From IMG/VR virus record IMGVR_UViG_3300027126_000252, positions 1-53,733 of that record: a stretch of 53,733 nucleotides of DNA. The stretch is one strand, 5' to 3'. A program made the translations under genes and the position numbers. The notes under the pieces were generated by a model. The model was not told the DNA's origin and made no database searches. It worked only from the letters and a program-made list of their open reading frames with translations. The DNA comes from a virus (Duplodnaviria > Caudoviricetes). Positions 49,451 to 53,733 of this stretch are shown in pieces. Every line of letters begins with the position of its first letter. The stretch's first letter is position 1.

Positions 49451-50397
49451 GGTTTTAGAGATAAATTAAAGATTTTATTCTGATGAGTAGACTCAATAGA
49501 GAAAGAACCATCAGTAGTTAAATTGTTAGTAGAGATTTCTTTAATATTTAAAAAAATACCATCAGTATAACTAAGACTTAAACCATCTACATCTAAAGTA
49601 TAAATAGGGTCTTCCTCTTTATGATTAGGTAGTAAAGAAATTAGATAATTTCTATAAATCTCAGAAAGAGGTATTTCAAAATGGCGAAGATACATATCTG
49701 AAAAGAAAGATAAATCTTTATCCTTAAAGTGTTTAACTACTGCGGAAAGCCAATTTTGAACAAGTTGTATAACAAAAGGATTTTCAGGCTCTTCTAAAAT
49801 TAAAGAAGGAATATCTTTGAAATAATTCAAAAGACAATGGGGAGTAAGAACTAACTCTTTAGTGCAGAGAGCATCAACTTTTTGTTGAATAAAAGCAAAG
49901 AGAGTATCTGAATGAATTTTACTACTATAAATTTCTTCACAAGGGAAAAAATCTAAAGTCCTATCCTTATCTTCTAAGATAAGGTTTAGAAATTCTTGAA
50001 AAGAAAAAACTCTTGGTAAAGCATCTTTTTTCAAAAGTTTAGCTGTTTCACAATATACAGAAAAAGGTGGAATAGAATCATATATATGAGTTTTAATTTC
50101 AGATGCATCTTTAGATGTAGAAAAGATAGCAGGAATATTAAGTTTAGCAACTTGATCAGCTACCATTTTATTTATAGAGAGTGGGAGTTTAGGAGCATCT
50201 GTATATATAAAGAGTGCACCTGTTGAAGCTGGGGGTTTAGTGTTTTCTTTTTTTTCAAGGGACATAAAGCCATTAAGGATAAAAGGGATACCACATTCTT
50301 TTGTTAATTCGGGGAATAGAGTATCTCTAATAAAGGGGTAGTCATTTTTACTACCGATAGCAAACAGTTCGACTGCTATACGATTTGTCAGTTTCAT
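49447..50397 (-). CDS. Hypothetical early protein, diverged paralogue of 48105-49382
   Basis: 'PFIRDTLFPELTKECGIPF' vs 'PLIRDTWLPQMSETIGIDF'; both contain 'LNIP' and similar C-terminal beta domains. Confidence 0.7.
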   Translation of the reverse strand: MKLTNRIAVELFAIGSKNDYPFIRDTLFPELTKECGIPFILNGFMSLEKKENTKPPASTGALFIYTDAPKLPLSINKMVADQVAKLNIPAIFSTSKDASEIKTHIYDSIPPFSVYCETAKLLKKDALPRVFSFQEFLNLILEDKDRTLDFFPCEEIYSSKIHSDTLFAFIQQKVDALCTKELVLTPHCLLNYFKDIPSLILEEPENPFVIQLVQNWLSAVVKHFKDKDLSFFSDMYLRHFEIPLSEIYRNYLISLLPNHKEEDPIYTLDVDGLSLSYTDGIFLNIKEISTNNLTTDGSFSIESTHQNKIFNLSLKP

Positions 50398-50428
50398 AAG
50401 TAAAACCTTTCATAGTTAGTGTGTTTGT

Positions 50429-50457
50429 ATTATACACACAGCATTATATTATGTCAA
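50429..50457 (-). promoter_or_regulatory. Perfect consensus sigma70 promoter for 49447-50397
   Basis: TTGACA-N17-TATAAT on the minus strand. Confidence 0.85.
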
Positions 50458-50510
50458 TAGTGTTTTAATAATTCTTGTATAGAAAGATATAAAAAACAAG
50501 GAGACTCGGA

Positions 50511-51071
50511 ATGTATACTTTCAATCGTAGGATTGCAAAAGCAAATGTAAACCCTATTCGTCAAAGAACACAATTTTCATGTGTAGCAGCATCAACAGCT
50601 ATGGCATTAAATGCTTTAGGTGTAAAATGCAATGAAGATGAAGTAAATGAAGTCATAGGTGCAAGACCAATGACAGGTGCTTCATGGGAATCTGTATTAG
50701 CTTGTGTACAACATTATGGCTGTAGAGGAACTTTAGTTACACCATCAACAGTAAAGCAATTAAAAGAATGGACTGATGCAGGTAAACCTGTATTAATAGG
50801 TTGGAATCCTGAAGGTCGTGAATGGAGTCATGCTTCATTGGTGTTTGATGTTGTAGAAAGAGAAGGTGGTGGTTTAGATGTATATGTAGCTGATTCTAAT
50901 ATACCTGATCCAGAAGAAACAGTTAGAGTAATAGATGCTAAAGAATTTTATAGTAAGTGGTATGAAAAATACAATGGCTATTTAATTCGTAGGTCAGCTT
51001 TAATGGTTGATAATGAGATTTCTCCTGAAGGTCGTCAGATTATGGCTTCCTTACGAAAGAGACGATTCTAG
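50511..51071 (+). CDS. Papain-fold C39-like cysteine peptidase
   Basis: Q.T..SC.AAS.AMAL (Gln oxyanion, Cys nucleophile), GKPVLI, H(AS), ADS; AAGGAG RBS. Confidence 0.8.
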   Translation: MYTFNRRIAKANVNPIRQRTQFSCVAASTAMALNALGVKCNEDEVNEVIGARPMTGASWESVLACVQHYGCRGTLVTPSTVKQLKEWTDAGKPVLIGWNPEGREWSHASLVFDVVEREGGGLDVYVADSNIPDPEETVRVIDAKEFYSKWYEKYNGYLIRRSALMVDNEISPEGRQIMASLRKRRF

Positions 51072-51315
51072 TGTCTATCTGTGGTTTATTTTCTAAGCCA
51101 CAGAGGAATAAAATTAACTTAAATAAAGAATTTTGGTTAGTTTTAGATGCAAAAAGTCGAGATGATGTAGAAAACATCATCCACTTTAGCTCCTTTATAA
51201 AATTTATTTTATTTATGAAAATAAGTGATATAGGAGTTATATATAAAAGAAACCCATACATCTTTGAAGACTTTGAATCGGCGAGTCAAGAAGCTGAACA
51301 AAGGAGAAAAATAAA

Positions 51316-52104
51316 ATGAGAAATTACAATCGCAGAAGAGCTAGTTTAACCCAACCTTTAATGATGAGACATGATTACGGTGCTGATTTATATAGTTCTG
51401 AATTTGAAGGTTCAGAAATGGAATCAGAAGAATTATATGGTCGATGGACAACAGATGAGACAGTAGACCCTACTGTAAATATGAGTCCTGAAGGTAAAAA
51501 GGAATGGAATAAGTATAAGGGTAAAATTGAAGATGTGAATGAGGGTAAATTAAAATCAGCATCTAAGAGAATAGCTAGATTAAAGAATAGATATTTAACA
51601 GCAAGTAAAGAAGGTAAATTAGCTGATGAATTACTTGGTAGTTTAGATTATGATATGACAATGGATCAGTTATTAACAAAAGCTGATGAATGTGAAGAAA
51701 TGGCATCTATATTAGAAGAAGCATTAGCTTCACAGGATGTAGATACATTAGATCAACATGGTGTATTACCTGAAAGTTTAGCACAAGCTGTAAGAAATGG
51801 TATCTCTGCTTTATACGAAGCTGATCGTATAGTAAGAGATAAAGTAACAGCATTACAATCTAAAGCATTAGAATGTAGATCAAAAGCTAGGGGTATGAGA
51901 TTTGCTAGTGAAAATATGGCTGATGTAGATGGTAATTATATGTCAGTACAACATATTAGTGAAATGCAAGATATGTTGGGTGTGTTAAGTCAAAAAATAC
52001 AAAGTGGTATGCCTATGGAAGATTGGGTAGAGAGTAAGATAGCTCATGCTCATCAGATATTAGGAGATTTAGCTTCATATTTTTACTATGGGGGACATAA
52101 GTAA
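51316..52104 (+). CDS. Putative virion-internal head protein, modular
   Basis: AAGGAG RBS; segments separated by RRAS/KSAS/LTAS/RFAS; C-terminal 'MEDWVESKIAHA' module recalled from other large-phage proteins. Confidence 0.6.
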   Translation: MRNYNRRRASLTQPLMMRHDYGADLYSSEFEGSEMESEELYGRWTTDETVDPTVNMSPEGKKEWNKYKGKIEDVNEGKLKSASKRIARLKNRYLTASKEGKLADELLGSLDYDMTMDQLLTKADECEEMASILEEALASQDVDTLDQHGVLPESLAQAVRNGISALYEADRIVRDKVTALQSKALECRSKARGMRFASENMADVDGNYMSVQHISEMQDMLGVLSQKIQSGMPMEDWVESKIAHAHQILGDLASYFYYGGHK

Positions 52105-52584
52105 ATGAATAGATTAGCTAGAGAAGTAATGATTAGTCGAGTAGCTGCAGAAGGGATGTATGGCTTTACAAAAGGCATACAGAATGATGTATCTACAGCG
52201 ACTAAGAAATTAGAAAGACACATGACAAATATATCTAGGGGGCTTGAATTAAAGCATCCTGAGGCAGGTACTTTTTTTAAGTATCGTGCAAAGTCAGCGA
52301 ATTGTCCTTATTCACAAGCTCTTTTAAGAGGGTGTGTGATGTTTGACAAGCCTGTTAAACTCTATGAAGGAGTATTAGGTTTTAAACCTAATTTAGTAAA
52401 GGCTTGTTTAAAAGCGATAAATGATATGACTTTAAAAGCAGGTGAGGTAGCTTGTAATTTATATAGCAAGAATAGGGACCATATACCCTTTTTAGAGACT
52501 CATTTAAAAGAAGTAAATTGTCCTTATGCTAAGATGATATTAGAAAGCTATCCAATAGAACTTGCTAAAGATTTAGTAAAGTAA
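52105..52584 (+). CDS. Hypothetical protein with two internal repeats
   Basis: G.YGF...F..R.K.ANCPYSQALL and G.LGF...FL..H.K.VNCPYAKMIL. Confidence 0.75.
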   Translation: MNRLAREVMISRVAAEGMYGFTKGIQNDVSTATKKLERHMTNISRGLELKHPEAGTFFKYRAKSANCPYSQALLRGCVMFDKPVKLYEGVLGFKPNLVKACLKAINDMTLKAGEVACNLYSKNRDHIPFLETHLKEVNCPYAKMILESYPIELAKDLVK

Positions 52585-52597
52585 AGGATATAAAAAA

Positions 52598-53733
52598 ATG
52601 ACTTATAGAGGCACAATAGATGAAGATAAGCAAATTGTCTTAGCACGACCCTTGAGTGCTATCGATAAGAAGCTAATTAGAGTCGCATATGTAAATCCTG
52701 ATTTAAGGGCATCAGCAATTAGAATAGTAGTTGCTGATGATAGTAATAAGTTAAAAGAATTTGCAAAAGACCGTAAATGGAAGAATCCTGAAACAAGTAA
52801 TTTAATTGGTTTTGATCGTGTATTGGAATTAGCGGGTCAAGATAAAATCTGGGCACAAAGTATTGTTAAAAAAGTCACTGACGAATATAAGAAATCGGAT
52901 ACTGCTAAAAAAGAAGATACAAAAGTAGAGCATAATATTGCTAAGAAATTACAGAAAGATGTAGAAGGGGAAATAGCAAAGTTTAAAAGTAGTGGCAAGG
53001 ATATAACTAACCCTAAAGATAGAGCTGCTTTTGAAGAGTATTTAGATCAGAAATTAAGACCAGCTCAGGAAGAAGCTTATCGTGAAAAGATAAAAGAAGC
53101 TACAGGATTAGTTGATGAGGAATATAAGAAAGCATCTGAAGGTTTACTAGGGAAAGGTTTGAGAAGAGCATTAAGTCAAACATTTGACGAATTGGGGTTA
53201 TCTAAATTAGCTGATTTGGTTAAACCACCAGAAATTCCTAGTAATTTAGGTACAGCAGGTACAGCTGTGGGGGCAGGTATCTTAGGTCAAATATCAGCTA
53301 GTTTTGTTGGTGCAGGTGGTGGTGCGGCAGGAGTTGCCGCAGCTGGAGGAGGTATCTTAAGTTCTATTGGGGGTTTAGCTTTAGGTATTGGTAAAGCAGT
53401 TGTTCTAAGTCCTTTTGCTCTTGCAGCAGGCGCTGCTCTTTCTTATAAAGTTTATCAAAAGTTTAAGGAAACTCCTGAAGGAGTTAAAAGAGATGCTTTG
53501 ATAAAAAAATTCAACGAAAAGAAAGATGAAGTGTCTAAAAAAATAGAAAGCGAGCATAAGTATAAAGAAATAGGTAAAGCAGATGCTGCCATTACAGGTA
53601 TGAAAGAATTTTATAAGGATGAGAAGTTTGATGATGATTTATTAGGGGATGATTTAACAATAGATGAGTTATTGAAAATTTCTGAAAATGAAGATTCAGA
53701 CAATGAGGATAGAAAAAGAGCAAAAAAAATACT
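52598..53733 (+). CDS. Partial CDS; putative internal/ejection protein with glycine-zipper hydrophobic segment
   Basis: AAGGA RBS, ATG at 52598, open to the window end: MTYRGTIDEDKQ...LIRVAYVNPDLR...KNPET...GTAVGAGILGQISASFVGAGGGAAGVAAAGGGIL. Confidence 0.8.
   Translation, partial: MTYRGTIDEDKQIVLARPLSAIDKKLIRVAYVNPDLRASAIRIVVADDSNKLKEFAKDRKWKNPETSNLIGFDRVLELAGQDKIWAQSIVKKVTDEYKKSDTAKKEDTKVEHNIAKKLQKDVEGEIAKFKSSGKDITNPKDRAAFEEYLDQKLRPAQEEAYREKIKEATGLVDEEYKKASEGLLGKGLRRALSQTFDELGLSKLADLVKPPEIPSNLGTAGTAVGAGILGQISASFVGAGGGAAGVAAAGGGILSSIGGLALGIGKAVVLSPFALAAGAALSYKVYQKFKETPEGVKRDALIKKFNEKKDEVSKKIESEHKYKEIGKADAAITGMKEFYKDEKFDDDLLGDDLTIDELLKISENEDSDNEDRKRAKKI

Noticed and set aside
508-49458. Numerous short antisense or nested ORFs in the track (e.g. 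6612-7076, 7447-7899, 14696-14980, 35954-36978, 44260-44628)
   Set aside because: They overlap well-supported genes, mostly on the opposite strand, and lack RBS or motifs; typical shadow ORFs
51071-51319. 82-aa ORF between the peptidase and 51316
   Set aside because: GTG start without a clear RBS, low-complexity AT-rich sequence and an equally weak antisense ORF; may be a regulatory gap, though a real small gene cannot be excluded
1-53733. tRNA, rRNA or structured ncRNA genes
   Set aside because: Intergenic gaps are short and AT-rich, and I recognised no cloverleaf or T-loop signature; a covariance-model search would be needed to exclude them

Overview
AT-rich fragment of a large, probably jumbo, contractile-tailed (myovirus-like) phage genome, read with the standard genetic code and clear AGGAG-type ribosome binding sites. 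From left to right: (1) a minus-strand baseplate/fibre operon (gp25-like, baseplate J-like, gpI/gp48-like wedge, a repeat-built fibre). (2) A purine and methylation island: canonical purA, four tandem beta-class DNA methyltransferase paralogues with near-identical cores but unrelated central segments, and a divergent GMP reductase/IMPDH-family gene. (3) A replication block: stand-alone primase CHC2 zinc finger, DnaB-like helicase, degenerate DnaC-like loader, and an SNF2 helicase with a LAGLIDADG intein. (4) A plus-strand tail operon: tube, chaperones, tape measure, hub and spike. (5) A mixed region with the separate primase TOPRIM gene, two paralogous genes behind sigma70-type promoters, a C39-like peptidase and putative virion-internal proteins. 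The best candidates for novel biology are the methyltransferase array with swapped recognition domains, a recurring [RK]-x-A / 'LIRVA..NP.LR' motif across otherwise unrelated orphan proteins (candidate capsid-targeting or maturation signal), the primase split over about 22 kb, and a GMP->IMP->AMP shunt. All product calls come from motif recognition by eye; no database searches were run.
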